From NCBI GenBank assembly GCA_964016885.1, contig OZ024741.1:250418001-250482000 (forward strand): 64,000 nt of DNA. Direction: 5' to 3'. This document shows positions 11,901-25,560 of the stretch, piece by piece. The position numbers and the translations under genes were made by a program. How positions within the stretch are numbered: the first letter of the stretch is position 1; each line of letters opens with the position of its first letter. Source of the stretch: Eledone cirrhosa. Lineage: Eukaryota. The notes under the pieces were generated by a model. The model saw only the letters and a program-made list of their open reading frames with translations, was not told the origin of the DNA and ran no database searches.

Positions 11901-14900
11901 TAAAAAGAAAATCAAGGGCAGATAATTTCCAGCCGTCCAAGGGGAGATAATTTCCCGCCAGCCAAGGGAAGATATTTAAAAAAATCAGGGGGAGATAATT
12001 TGTAAAAAAAAATCAGGGGGAGATAATTTGTAAAAAAAATCAAGGGGAGATAATTTCCAGCCGTCCAAGGGGAGATAATTTTCAACCGTCCAAGGGGAGA
12101 TAATTTCCCGCCAGCCAAGGGAAGATAATATTTAAAAAAATCAGGCGGAGATAATTTGTAAAAAAAATCAGGGGGAGATAATTTGTAAAAAAATCAGGGG
12201 GAGATAATTTGTAAAAAAAAATCAGGGGGAGATAATTTGTAAAAAAAATCAGGGGGAGATAATTTGTAAAAAAAATCAGGGGTAGATAATTTGTAAAAAA
12301 AAATCAGGGGGAGATAATTTGTAAAAAAAATCAGGGGGAGATAATTTGTAAAAAAAATCAGGGGTAGATAATTTCCAGCCGTCCAAGGGGAGATAATTTC
12401 CATCCTTCCAAGGGGAGATAATTTCCAGCCGTCCAAGGGGAGATAATTTCCCGCCAGCCAAGGAGAGATAATATTTAAAAAAATCAGGCGGAGATAATTT
12501 GTAAAAAAATCAGGGGGAGATAATTTGTAAAAAAATCAGGGGGAGATAATTTGTAAAAAAAAAATCAGGGGGAGATAATTTGTAAAAAAAATCAGGGGGA
12601 GATAATTTGTAAAAAAAATCAGGGCTAGATAATTTGTAAAAAAAAATCAGGGGGAGATAATTTGTAAAAAAAATCAGGGGGAGATAATTTGTAAAATAAA
12701 TCAGGGGTAGATAATTTCCAGCCGTCCAAGGGGAGATAATTTCCATCCTTCCAAGGGGAGATAATTTCCAGCCGTCCAAGGGGAGATAATTTCCCGCCAG
12801 CCAAGGAGAGATAATATTTAAAAAAATCAGGCGGAGATAATTTGTAAAAAAAATCAGGGGGAGATAATTTGTAAAAAAATCAGGGGGAGATAATTTGTAA
12901 AAAAAAAATCAGGGGGAGATAATTTGTAAAAAAAATCAGGGGGAGATAATTTGTAAAAAAAAATCAGGGGTAGATAATTTGTAAAAAAAAATCAGGGGGA
13001 GATAATTTGTAAAAAAAAAATCAGGGGGAGATAATTTGTAAAAAAATCAAGGGGAGATAATTTCCAGCCGTCCAAGGGGAGATAATTTTCAGCCGTCCAA
13101 GGAGAGGTAATTTCTAGCCGTCCAAGGGGAGATAATTTCCAGCCGTCCAAGGGGAGATAATTTTTTTAAAAAAATCAGGCGGAGATAATTTGTAAACAAA
13201 AATTAGGGGGAGATAATTTGTAAAAAAAAATCAGGGGGAGATAATTTGTAAAAAAAAATCAGGGAGATAATTTGTAAAAAAAATCAAGGGGAGATAATTT
13301 CCAGCCGTCCAAGGGGAGGTAATATCTAGCCATCCAAGGGGAGATAATTTCCAGCCGTCCAAGGGGAGATAATTTCCAGCCGTCCAAGGGGAGATAATAT
13401 CCAGCCGTCCAAGGAGACATATTTTCCAGCCGTCCAAGGAGAGGTAATTTCTAGCCGTCCAAGGGGAGATAAGTTCCAGCCTCCAAGGGGAGATAATTTC
13501 CAGCCAGCCAAGGGGAGATAATTTGTAAAAAAATCAGGGGGAGATAATTTGTAAAAAAAAATCAGGGGGAGATAATTTGTAAAAAAAAATCAGGGGGAGA
13601 TAATTTGTAAAATAAATCAAGGGGAGATAATTTCCAGCCGTCCAAGGGGAGATAATTTTCAGCCGTCCAAGGAGAGGTAAATTCTAGCCGTCCAAGGAGA
13701 GATAATTTCCAGGCGTCCAAGGGGAGATAATTTCCAGCCAGCCAAGGGGAGATAATTTGTAAAAAAATCAGGGGTAGATAATTTGTAAAAAAAAATCAGG
13801 GGGAGATAATTTGTAAAAAAAAATCAGGGGGAGATAATTTGTAAAAAAAATCAAGGGGAGATAATTTCCAGCCGTCCAAGGGAAGATAATTTTCAGCCGT
13901 CCAAGGAGAGGTAATTTCTAGCCGTCCAAGGAGAGATAATTTCCAGGCGTCCAAGGGGAGATAATTTCCAGCCAGCCAAGGGGAGATAATTTGTAAAAAA
14001 ATCAGGGGTAGATAATTTGTAAAAAAAAATCAGGGGGAGATAATTTGTAAAAAAAAATCAGGGGGAGATAATTTGTAAAAAAAATCAAGGGGAGATAGTT
14101 TCCAGCCGTCCAAGGGGAGATAATTTTCAGCCGTCCAAGGAGAGGTAATTTCTAGCCGTCCAAGGGGAGATAAGTTCCAGCCTCCAAGGGGAGATAATTT
14201 CCAGCCAGCCAAGGGGAGATAATTTCCAGCCGTCCAAGGGGAGATAATATCCAGCCGTCCAAGGAGACATATTTTCCAGCCGTCCAAGGAGAGGTAATTT
14301 CTAGCCGTCCAAGGGGAGATAAGTTCCAGCCTCCAAGGGGAGATAATTTCCAGCCAGCCAAGGGAAGATAATTTGTAAAAAAATCAGGGGGAGATAATTT
14401 GTAAAAAAAAATCAGGGGGAGATAATTTGTAAAAAAAAATCAGGGGGAGATAATTTGTAAAATAAATCAAGGGGAGATAATTTCCAGCCGTCCAAGGGGA
14501 GATAATTTTCAGCCGTCCAAGGAGAGGTAAATTCTAGCCGTCCAAGGAGAGATAATTTGCAGGCGTCCAAGGGGAGATAATTTCCAGCCAGCCAAGGGGA
14601 GATAATTTGTAAAAAAATCAGGGGTAGATAATTTGTAAAAAAAAATCAGGGGGAGATAATTTGTAAAAAAAAATCAGGGGGAGATAATTTGTAAAAAAAA
14701 TCAAGGGGAGATAATTTCCAGCCGTCCAAGGGAAGATAATTTTCAGCCGTCCAAGGAGAGGTAATTTCTAGCCGTCCAAGGGGAGATAAGTTCCAGCCTC
14801 CAAGGGGAGATAATTTCCAGCCAGCCAAGGGGAGATAATTTGAAAAAAAATCAGGGGTAGATAATTTGTAAGAAAAAATCAGGGGGAGATAATTTGTAAA

Positions 14901-17900
14901 AAAAATCAGGGGGAGATAATTTGTAAAAAAAATCAGGGGTAGATAATTTCCAGCCGTCCAAGGGGAGATAATTTCCATCCTTCCAAGGGGAGATAATTTC
15001 CAGCCGTCCAAGGGGAGATAATTTCCCGCCAGCCAAGGAGAGATAATATTTAAAAAAATCAGGCGGAGATAATTTGTAAAAAAATCAGGTTGAGATAATT
15101 TGTAAAAAAATCAGGGGGAGATAATTTGTAAAAAAAAAATCAGGGGGAGATAATTTGTAAAAAAAATCAGGGGTAGATAATTTGTAAAAAAAAATCAGGG
15201 GAGATAATTTGTAAAAAAAAATCAGGGGGAGATAATTTGTAAAAAAAATCAGGGGGAGATAATTTGGAAAAAAAATCAAGGGGAGATAATTTCCAGCCGT
15301 CCAAGGGGAGATAATTTTCAGCCGTCCAAGGAGAGGTAAATTCTAGCCGTCCAAGGAGAGATAATTTCCAGCCGTCCAAGGTGAGATAATTTCCAGCCGT
15401 CCAAGGGGAGATAATTTAAAAAAAAAAATCAGGCGCAGATAAGTTGTAAAAAAAAATCAGGGGGAGATAATTTGTAAAAAAAAATCAGGGGGAGATAATT
15501 TGTAAAAAAAATCAAGGGGAGATAATTTCCAGCCGTCCAAGGGAAGATAATTTCCAGCCCTCCAAGGGGCTATAATTTCCAGCGTCCAAGGGGAGATAAT
15601 TTCCAGCCAGGGAAGGGGAGATAATTTTTTTTAAAAAATCACTGGGAGATTTGTAAAAAAAATCAGGGGGAGATAATTTGTAAAAAACTCAAGGGGTGAT
15701 AATTTCCAGCCGTCCAAAGAGAGATAATTTCTAGCCGTCCAAGGGGAGATAATTTCCAGCCAAGGGGAGATAATTTCCTGCCTTCCAAGGGGAGATAATT
15801 TTTAAAAAAATCAGGTGGAGATAATTTGTAAAAAAAATCAGTGGAAGATAATTTGTAAAAAGAAAATCAAGGGCAGATAATTTCCAGCCGTCCAAGGGGA
15901 TATAATTTCCCGCCAGCCAAGGGAAGATAATATTTAAAAAAATCAGGGGGAGATAATTTGTAAAAAAAAATCAGGGGGAGATAATTTGTAAAAAAAATCA
16001 AGGGGAGATAATTTCCAGCCGTCCAAGGGGAGATAATTTTCAACCGTCCAAGGGGAGATAATTTCCCGCCAGCCAAGGGAAGATAATATTTAAAAAAATC
16101 AGGCGGAGATAATTTGTAAAAAAAATCAGGGGGAGATAATTTGTAAAAAAATCAGGGGGAGATAATTTGTAAAAAAAAAATCAGGGGGAGATAATTTGTA
16201 AAAAAAATCAGGGGGAGATAATTTGTAAAAAAAATCAGGGGTAGATAATTTGTAAAAAAAAATCAGGGGGAGATAATTTGTAAAAAAAATCAGGGGGAGA
16301 TAATTTGTAAAAAAAATCAGGGGTAGATAATTTCCAGCCGTCCAAGGGGAGATAATTTCCATCCTTCCAAGGGGAGATAATTTCCAGCCGTCCAAGGGGA
16401 GATAATTTCCCGCCAGCCAAGGAGAGATAATATTTAAAAAAATCAGGCGGAGATAATTTGTAAAAAAAATCAGGGGGAGATAATTTGTAAAAAAATCAGG
16501 GGGAGATAATTTGTAAAAAAAAAATCAGGGGGAGATAATTTGTAAAAAAAATCAGGGGGAGATAATTTGTAAAAAAAAATCAGGGGTAGATAATTTGTAA
16601 AAAAAAATCAGGGGGAGATAATTTGTAAAAAAAAAATCAGGGGGAGATAATTTGTAAAAAAATCAAGGGGAGATAATTTCCAGCCGTCCAAGGGGAGATA
16701 ATTTTCAGCCGTCCAAGGAGAGGTAATTTCTAGCCGTCCAAGGGGAGATAATTTCCAGCCGTCCAAGGGGAGATAATTTTTTAAAAAAAATCAGGCGGAG
16801 ATAATTTGTAAACAAAAATCAGGGGGAGATAATTTGTAAAAAAAAATCAGGGGGAGATAATTTGTAAAAAAAAATCAGGGAGATAATTTGTAAAAAAAAT
16901 CAAGGGGAGATAATTTCCAGCCGTCCAAGGGGAGGTAATATCTAGCCATCCAAGGGGAGATAATTTCCAGCCGTCCAAGGGGAGATAATTTCCAGCCGTC
17001 CAAGGGGAGATAATATCCAGCCGTCCAAGGAGACATATTTTCCAGCCGTCCAAGGAGAGGTAATTTCTAGCCGTCCAAGGGGAGATAAGTTCCAGCCTCC
17101 AAGGGGAGATAATTTCCAGCCAGCCAAGGGGAGATAATTTGTAAAAAAATCAGGGGGAGATAATTTGTAAAAAAAAATCAGGGGGAGATAATTTGTAAAA
17201 AAAAATCAGGGGGAGATAATTTGTAAAAAAAATCAAGGGGAGATAATTTCCAGCCGTCCAAGGGGAGATAATTTTCAGCCGTCCAAGGAGAGGTAAATTC
17301 TAGCCGTCCAAGGAGAGATAATTTCCAGGCGTCCAAGGGGAGATAATTTCCAGCCAGCCAAGGGGAGATAATTTGTAAAAAAATCAGGGGTAGATAATTT
17401 GTAAAAAAAAATCAGGGGGAGATAATTTGTAAAAAAAAATCAGGGGGAGATAATTTGTAAAAAAAATCAAGGGGAGATAATTTCCAGCCGTCCAAGGGGA
17501 GATAATTTTCAGCCGTCCAAGGAGAGGTAGATTCTAGCCGTCCAAGGAGAGATAATTTCCAGGCGTCCAAGGGGAGATAATTTCCAGCCAGCCAAGGGGA
17601 GATAATTTGTAAAAAAATCAGGGGTAGATAATTTGTAAAAAAAAATCAGGGGGAGATAATTTGTAAAAAAAAATCAGGGGGAGATAATTTGTAAAAAAAA
17701 TCAAGGGGAGATAGTTTCCAGCCGTCCAAGGGGAGATAATTTTCAGCCGTCCAAGGAGAGGTAATTTCTAGCCGTCCAAGGGGAGATAAGTTCCAGCCTC
17801 CAAGGGGAGATAATTTCCAGCCAGCCAAGGGGAGATAATTTGTAAAAAAATCAGGGGTAGATAATTTGTAAAAAAAAATCAGGGGGAGATAATTTGTAAA

Positions 17901-18350
17901 AAAAATCAGGGGGAGATAATTTGTAAAAAAAATCAGGGGTAGATAATTTCCAGCCGTCCAAGGGGAGATAATTTCCATCCTTCCAAGGGGAGATAATTTC
18001 CAGCCGTCCAAGGGGAGATAATTTCCCACCAGCCAAGGAGAGATAATATTTAAAAAAATCAGGCGGAGATAATTTGTAAAAATATCAGGTTGAGATAATT
18101 TGTAAAAAAATCAGGGGGAGATAATTTGTAAAAAAAAAATCAGGGGGAGATAATTTGTAAAAAAAATCAGGGGGAGATAATTTGTAAAAAAAAATCAGGG
18201 GTAGATAATTTGTAAAAAAAAATCAGGGGGAGATAATTTGTAAAAAAATCAAGGGTAGATAATTTCTAGCCGTCCAAGGGGAGATAATTTTCAGCCGTCC
18301 AAGGAGAGGTAATTTCTAGCCGTCCAAGGGGAGATAATTTCCAGCCGTCC
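9000..18350. repeat. About three tandem HOR copies of unequal length (about 3.1 kb, about 3.95 kb, and a partial third)
   Basis: GGCTAGATAA at 9521/12623 (3102 bp). CAGGTTGAGA at about 11133/15086/18086. TCCTGCC at about 11821/15776. TTCAACCGTC at about 12081/16039. Matching ORF offsets are 3102, 3953-3959, 3616 and 3000. Confidence 0.85.
9003..9690. repeat. 344-bp tandem duplication of one B-block plus A-block unit
   Basis: CCCGCCAGCCAAGGAGAGATAATATTT occurs at 9003, 9347 and 9691. ORFs 9064-9333 and 9408-9677 are offset by 344 bp. The same doublet is seen at about 12110-12800. Confidence 0.85.
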
Positions 18351-18829
18351 AAGGGGAGATAATTTTTTAAAAAAAATCAGGCGGAGATAATTTGTAAACA
18401 AAAATCAGGGGGAGATAATTTGTAAAAAAAAATCAGGTGGAGATAATTTCTAAAAAAAAATCAGGGGGAGATAATTTGTAAAAAAAATCAAGGGGAGATA
18501 ATTTCCAGCCATCCAAGGGGAGGTAATATCTAGCCATCCAAGGGGAGATAATTTCCAGCCGTCCAAGGGGAGATAATTTCCAGCCGTCCAAGGGGAGATA
18601 ATATCCAGCAGTCCAAGGAGACATATTTTCCAGCCGTCCAAGGAGAGGTAATTTCTAGCCGTCCAAGAGGAGATAAGTTCCAGCCTCCAAGGGGAGATAA
18701 TTTCCAGCCAGCCAAGGGGAGATAATTTGTAAAAAAATCAGGGGGAGATAATTTGTAAAAAAAAATCAGGGGGAGATAATTTGTAAAAAAAAATCAGGGG
18801 GAGATAATTTGTAAAAAAAAATCAGGGGG

Positions 18830-21800
18830 AGATAATTTGTAAAAAAAAATCAAGCGGAGATAATTTCCAGCCGTCCAAGGGGAGATAATTTCCAGCCGTC
18901 CAAGGGGAGATAATATCCAGCGGTCGAAGGGGAGATAATTTTTTAAAAAAATCAGGCGCAGATAAGTTGTAAAAAAAAATCAGGGGGAGATAATTTGTAA
19001 AAAAAAATCGGGGAGATAATTTGTAAAAAAAATCAAGGGGAGATAATTTCCAGCCGTCCAAGGGAAGATAATTTCCAGCCCTCCAAGGGGCTATAATTTC
19101 CAGCGTCCAAGGGGAGATAATTTCCAGCCAGCGAAGGGGAGATAATTTTTTTTAAAAATCACTGGGATATTTGTAAAAAAAATCAGGGGGAGATAATTTG
19201 TAAAAAACTCAAGGGGTGATAATTTCCAGCCGTCCAAAGAGAGATAATTTCTAGCCGTCCAAGGGGAGATAATTTCCAGCCAAGGGTAGATAATTTCCAG
19301 CCGTCCAAGGGGAGATAATTTCCCGCCAGCCAAGGGAAGATAATATTTAAAAAAATCAGGCGGAGATAATTTGTAAAAAAAATCAGGGGGAGATAATTTG
19401 TAAAAAAATCAGGGGGAGATAATTTGTAAAAAAAAAATCAGGGGGAGATAATTTGTAAAAAAAATCAGGGGTAGATAATTTGTAAAAAAAAATCAGGGGG
19501 AGATAATTTGTAAAAAAACATCAGGGGGAGATAATTTGTAAAAAAAATCAGGGGTAGATAATTTCTAGCCGTCCAAGGGGAGATAATTTTCAGCCGTCCA
19601 AGGAGAGGTAAATTCTAGCCGTCCAAGGAGAGATAATTTCCAGCCGTCCAAGGGGAGATAATTTCCAGCCGTCCAAGGGGAGATAATTTTTTAAAAAAAA
19701 TCAGGCGCAGATAAGTTGTAAAAAAAATCAGGGTCAGATAATTTGTAAAAAAAAATCAGGGGGAGATAATTTGTAAAAAAAATCAAGGGGAGATAATTTC
19801 CAGCAGTCCAAGGGAAGATAATTTCCAGCCCTCCAAGGGGCTATAATTTCCAGCGTCCAAGGGGAGATAATTTCCAGCCAGCGAAGGGGAGATAATTTTT
19901 TTTAAAAAATCACTGGGAGATTTGTAAAAAAAATCAGGGGGAGATAATTTGTAAAAAACTCAAGGGGTGATAATTTCCAGCCGTCCAAAGAGAGATAATT
20001 TCTAGCCGTCCAAGGGGAGATAATTTCCAGCCAAGGGGAGATAATTTCCAGCCTTCCAAGGGGAGATAATTTTTAAAAAATCAGGTGGAGGTAATTTGTA
20101 AAAAAAATCAGTGGAAGATAATTTGTAAAAAGAAAATCAAGGGCAGATAATTTCCAGCCGTCCAAGGGGAGATAATTTCCCGCCAGCCAAGGGAAGATAA
20201 TATTTAAAAAAATCAGGCGGAGATAATTTGTAAAAAAAATCAGGGGCAGATAATTTGTAAAAAAATCAGGGGGAGATAATTTGTAAAAAAAAAATCAGGG
20301 GGAGATAATTTGTAAAAAAAAATCAGGGGGAGATAATTTGTAAAAAAAATCAGGGGTAGATAATTTGTAAAAAAAAATCAGGGGGAGATAATTTGTAAAA
20401 AAAATCATGGGGAGATAATTTGTAAAAAAAATCAGGGGTAGATAATTTCCAGCCGTCCAAGGGGAGATAATTTCCATCCTTCCAAGGGGAGATAATTTCC
20501 AGCCGTCCAAGGGGAGATAATTTCCCGCCAGCCAAGGAGAGATAATATTTAAAAAAATCAGGCGGGGATAATTTGTAAAAAAAATCAGGGGGAGATAATT
20601 TCTAAAAAAATCAGGGGGAGATAATTTGTAAAAAAAAATCAGGGGTAGATAATTTGTAAAAAAAAATCAGGGGGAGATAATTTGTAAAAAAAAAATCAGG
20701 GGGAGATAATTTGTAAAAAAATCAAGGGGAGATAATTTCCAGCCGTCCAAGGGGAGATAATTTTCAGCCGTCCAAGGAGAGGTAATTTCTAGCCGTCCAA
20801 GGGGAGATAATTTCCAGCCGTCCAAGGGGAGATAATTTTAAAAAAAAAATCAGGCGGAGATAATTTGTAAACAAAAATCAGGGGGAGATAATTTGTAAAA
20901 AAAATCAGGGGGAGATAATTTGTAAAAAAAAATCAGGAGGAGATAATTTGTAAAAAAAATCAAGGGGAGATAATTTCCAGCCGTCCAAGGGGAGGTAATA
21001 TCTAGCCATCCAAGGGGAGATAATTTCCAGCCGTCCAAGGGGAGATAATTTCCAGCCGTCCAAGGGCAGATAATATCCAGCCGTCCAAGGAGACATATTT
21101 TCCAGCCGTCCAAGGAGAGGTAATTTCTAGCCGTCCAAGGGTAGATAAGTTCCAGCCTCCAAGGGGAGATAATTTCCAGCCAGCCAAGGGGAGATAATTT
21201 GTAAAAAAATCAGGGGGAGATAATTTGTAAAAAAAAAATCAAGGGGAGATAATTTGTAAAAAAAAATCAGGGGGAGATAATTTGTAAAAAAAATCAAGGG
21301 GAGATAATTTCCAGCCGTCCAAGGGGAGATAATTTTCAGCCGTCCAAGGAGAGGTAAATTCTAGCCGTCCAAGGAGAGATAATTTCCAGGCGTCCAAGGG
21401 GAGATAATTTCCAGCCGTCCAAGGGGAGATAATTTTTTTAAAAAAATCAGGCGCAGATAAGTTTTAAAAAAAAATCAGGGGGAGAGAATTTGTAAAAAAA
21501 ATCAGGGGGAGATAATTTGTAAAAAAATCAGGGGGAGAAAATTTGTAAAAAAAATCAGGGGTAGATAATTTGTAAAAAAAAATCAGGGGGAGATAATTTG
21601 TAAAAAAACATCAGGGGGAGATAATTTGTAAAAAAAATCAGGGGTAGATAATTTCCAGCCGTCCAAGGGGAGATAATTTTCAGCCGTCCAAGGAGAGGTA
21701 AATTGTAGCCGTCCAAGGAGAGATAATTTCCAGCCGTCCAAGGGGAGATAATTTCCAGCCGTCCAAGGGATGATAATTTTTTAAAAAAATCAGGCGCAGA

Positions 21801-24800
21801 TAAGTTGTAAAAAAAATCAGGGTCAGATAATTTGTAAAAAAAAATCAGGGGGAGATAATTTGTAAAAAACTCAAGGGGTGATAATTTCCAGCCGTCCAAA
21901 GAGAGATAATTTCTAGCCGTCCAAGGGGAGATAATTTCCAGCCAAGGGGAGATAATTTCCAGCCTTCCAAGGGGAGATAATCTTTTAAAAAATCAGGTGG
22001 AGATAATTTGTAAAAAAAATCATTGGAAGATAATTTGTAAAAAGAAAATCAAGGGCAGATAATTTCCAGCCGTCCAAGGGGAGATAATTTCCCGCCAGCC
22101 AAGGGAAGATAATATTTAAAAAAATCAGGCGGAGATAATTTGTAAAAAAAATCAGGGGGAGATAATTTGTAAAAAAAATCAAGCGGAGATAATTTCCAGC
22201 CGTCCAAGGGGAGATAATTTTCAGCCGTCCAAGGAGAGGTAAATTCTAGCCGTCCAAGGAGAGATAATTTCCAGCCGTCCAAGGGGAGATAATATCCAGC
22301 GGTCCAAGGGGAGATAATTTTTTAAAAAAATCAGGCGCAGATAAGTTGTAAAAAAAAATCAGGGGGAGATAATTTGTAAAAAAAAATCGGGGAGATAATT
22401 TGTAAAAAAAATTAAGGGGAGATAATTTCCAGCCGTCCAAGGGAAGATAATTTCCAGCCCTCCAAGGGGCTATAATTTCCAGCGTCCAAGGGGAGATAAT
22501 TTCCAGCCAGCGAAGGGGAGATAATTTTTTTTAAAAATCACTGGGATATTTGTAAAAAAAATCAGGGGGAGATAATTTGTAAAAAACTCAAGGGGTGATA
22601 ATTTCCAGCCGTCCAAAGAGAGATAATTTCTAGCCGTCCAAGGGGAGATAATTTCCAGCCAAGGGTAGATAATTTCCAGCCGTCCAAGGGGAGATAATTT
22701 CCCGCCAGCCAAGGGAAGATAATATTTAAAAAAATCAGGCGGAGATAATTTGTAAAAAAAATCAGGGGGAGATAATTTGTAAAAAAATCAGGGGGAGATA
22801 ATTTGTAAAAAAAAAATCAGGGGGAGATAATTTGTAAAAAAAATCAGGGGTAGATAATTTGTAAAAAAAAATCAGGGGGAGATAATTTGTAAAAAAACAT
22901 CAGGGGGAGATAATTTGTAAAAAAAATCAGGGGTAGATAATTTCCAGCCGTCCAAGGGGAGATAATTTTCAGCCGTCCAAGGAGAGGTAAATTCTAGCCG
23001 TCCAAGGAGAGATAATTTCCAGCCGTCCAAGGGGAGATAATTTCCAGCCGTCCAAGGGGAGATAATTTTTTTAAAAAAATCAGGCGCAGATAAGTTGTAA
23101 AAAAAATCAGGGTCAGATAATTTGTAAAAAAAAATCAGGGGGAGATAATTTGTAAAAAAAATCAAGGGGAGATAATTTCCAGCAGTCCAAGGGAAGATAA
23201 TTTCCAGCCCTCCAAGGGGCTATAATTTCCAGCGTCCAAGGGGAGATAATTTCCAGCCAGCGAAGGGGAGATAATTTTTTTTAAAAAATCACTGGGAGAT
23301 TTGTAAAAAAAATCAGGGGGAGATAATTTGTAAAAAACTCAAGGGGTGATAATTTCCAGCCGTCCAAAGAGAGATAATTTCTAGCCGTCCAAGGGGAGAT
23401 AATTTCCAGCCAAGGGGAGATAATTTCCAGCCTTCCAAGGGGAGATAATTTTTTAAAAAATCAGGTGGAGATAATTTGTAAAAAAAATCAGTGGAAGATA
23501 ATTTGTAAAAAGAAAATCAAGGGCAGATAATTTCCAGCCGTCCAAGGGGAGATAATTTCCCGCCAGCCAAGGGAAGATAATATTTAAAAAAATCAGGCGG
23601 AGATAATTTGTAAAAAAAATCAGGGGGAGATAATTTGTAAAAAAATCAGGGGGAGATAATTTGTAAAAAAAAAATCAGGGGGAGATAATTTGTAAAAAAA
23701 AATCAGGGGGAGATAATTTGTAAAAAAAATCAGGGGTAGATAATTTGTAAAAAAAAATCAGGGGGAGATAATTTGTAAAAAAAATCATGGGGAGATAATT
23801 TGTAAAAAAAATCAGGGGTAGATAATTTCCAGCCGTCCAAGGGGAGATAATTTCCATCCTTCCAAGGGGAGATAATTTCCAGCCGTCCAAGGGGAGATAA
23901 TTTCCCGCCAGCCAAGGAGAGATAATATTTAAAAAAATCAGGCGGGGATAATTTGTAAAAAAAATCAGGGGGAGATAATTTGTAAAAAAATCAGGGGGAG
24001 ATAATTTTAAAAAAAATAAGGGGGAGATAATTTGTAAAAAAAAATCAGGGGTAGATAATTTGTAAAAAAAAATCAGGGGGAGATAATTTGTAAAAAAAAA
24101 ATCAGGGGGAGATAATTTGTAAAAAAATCAAGGGGAGATAATTTCCAGCCGTCCAAGGGGAGATAATTTTCAGCCGTCCAAGGAGAGGTAATTTCTAGCC
24201 GTCCAAGGGGAGATAATTTCCAGCCGTCCAAGGGGAGATAATTTTTAAAAAAAAATCAGGCGGAGATAATTTGTAAACAAAAATCAGGGGGAGATAATTT
24301 GTAAAAAAAATCAGGGGGAGATAATTTGTAAAAAAAAATCAGGAGGAGATAATTTGTAAAAAAAATCAAGGGGAGATAATTTCCAGCCGTCCAAGGGGAG
24401 GTAATATCTAGCCATCCAAGGGGAGATAATTTCCAGCCGTCCAAGGGGAGATAATTTCCAGCCGTCCAAGGGCAGATAATATCCAGCCGTCCAAGGAGAC
24501 ATATTTTCCAGCCGTCCAAGGAGAGGTAATTTCTAGCCGTCCAAGGGTAGATAAGTTCCAGCCTCCAAGGGGAGATAATTTCCAGCCAGCCAAGGGGAGA
24601 TAATTTGTAAAAAAATCAGGGGGAGATAATTTGTAAAAAAAAAATCAGGGTGAGATAATTTGTAAAAAAAAATCAGGGGGAGATAATTTGTAAAAAAAAT
24701 CAAGGGGAGATAATTTCCAGCCGTCCAAGGGGAGATAATTTTCAGCCGTCCAAGGAGAGGTAAATTCTAGCCGTCCAAGGAGAGATAATTTCCAGGCGTC

Positions 24801-25560
24801 CAAGGGGAGATAATTTCCAGCCGTCCAAGGGGAGATAATTTTTTTAAAAAAATCAGGCGCAGATAAGTTTTAAAAAAAAATCAGGGGGAGAGAATTTGTA
24901 AAAAAAATCAGGGGGAGATAATTTGTAAAAAAATCAGGGGGAGATAATTTGTAAAAAAAATCAGGGGTAGATAATTTGTAAAAAAAAATCAGGGGGAGAT
25001 AATTTGTAAAAAAACATCAGGGGGAGATAATTTGTAAAAAAAATCAGGGGTAGATAATTTCCAGCCGTCCAAGGGGAGATAATTTTCAGCCGTCCAAGGA
25101 GAGGTAAATTCTAGCCGTCCAAGGAGAGATAATTTCCAGCCGTCCAAGGGGAGATAATTTCCAGCCGTCCAAGGGGAGATAATTTTTTTAAAAAATCAGG
25201 CGCAGATAAGTTGTAAAAAAAATCAGGGTCAGATAATTTGTAAAAAAAAATCAGGGGGAGATAATTTGTAAAAAACTCAAGGGGTGATAATTTCCAGCCG
25301 TCCAAAGAGAGATAATTTCTAGCCGTCCAAGGGGAGATAATTTCCAGCCAAGGGGAGATAATTTCCAGCCTTCCAAGGGGAGATAATCTTTTAAAAAATC
25401 AGGTGGAGATAATTTGTAAAAAAAATCATTGGAAGATAATTTGTAAAAAGAAAATCAAGGGCAGATAATTTCCAGCCGTCCAAGGGGAGATAATTTCCCG
25501 CCAGCCAAGGGAAGATAATATTTAAAAAAATCAGGCGGAGATAATTTGTAAAAAAAATCA
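18830..25560. repeat. About 3.38-3.41 kb HOR, two tandem copies (about 18.83-22.17 kb and 22.17-25.56 kb)
   Basis: Paired private variants: CAAGCGGAGA (18851/22180), CCAGCGGTC (about 18917/22296), CAGCAGTCCA (19801/23180), ATCATGGGG (about 20404/23784), CATTGGAAGA (22021/25427). ORF offsets are 3379-3406. Confidence 0.9.
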
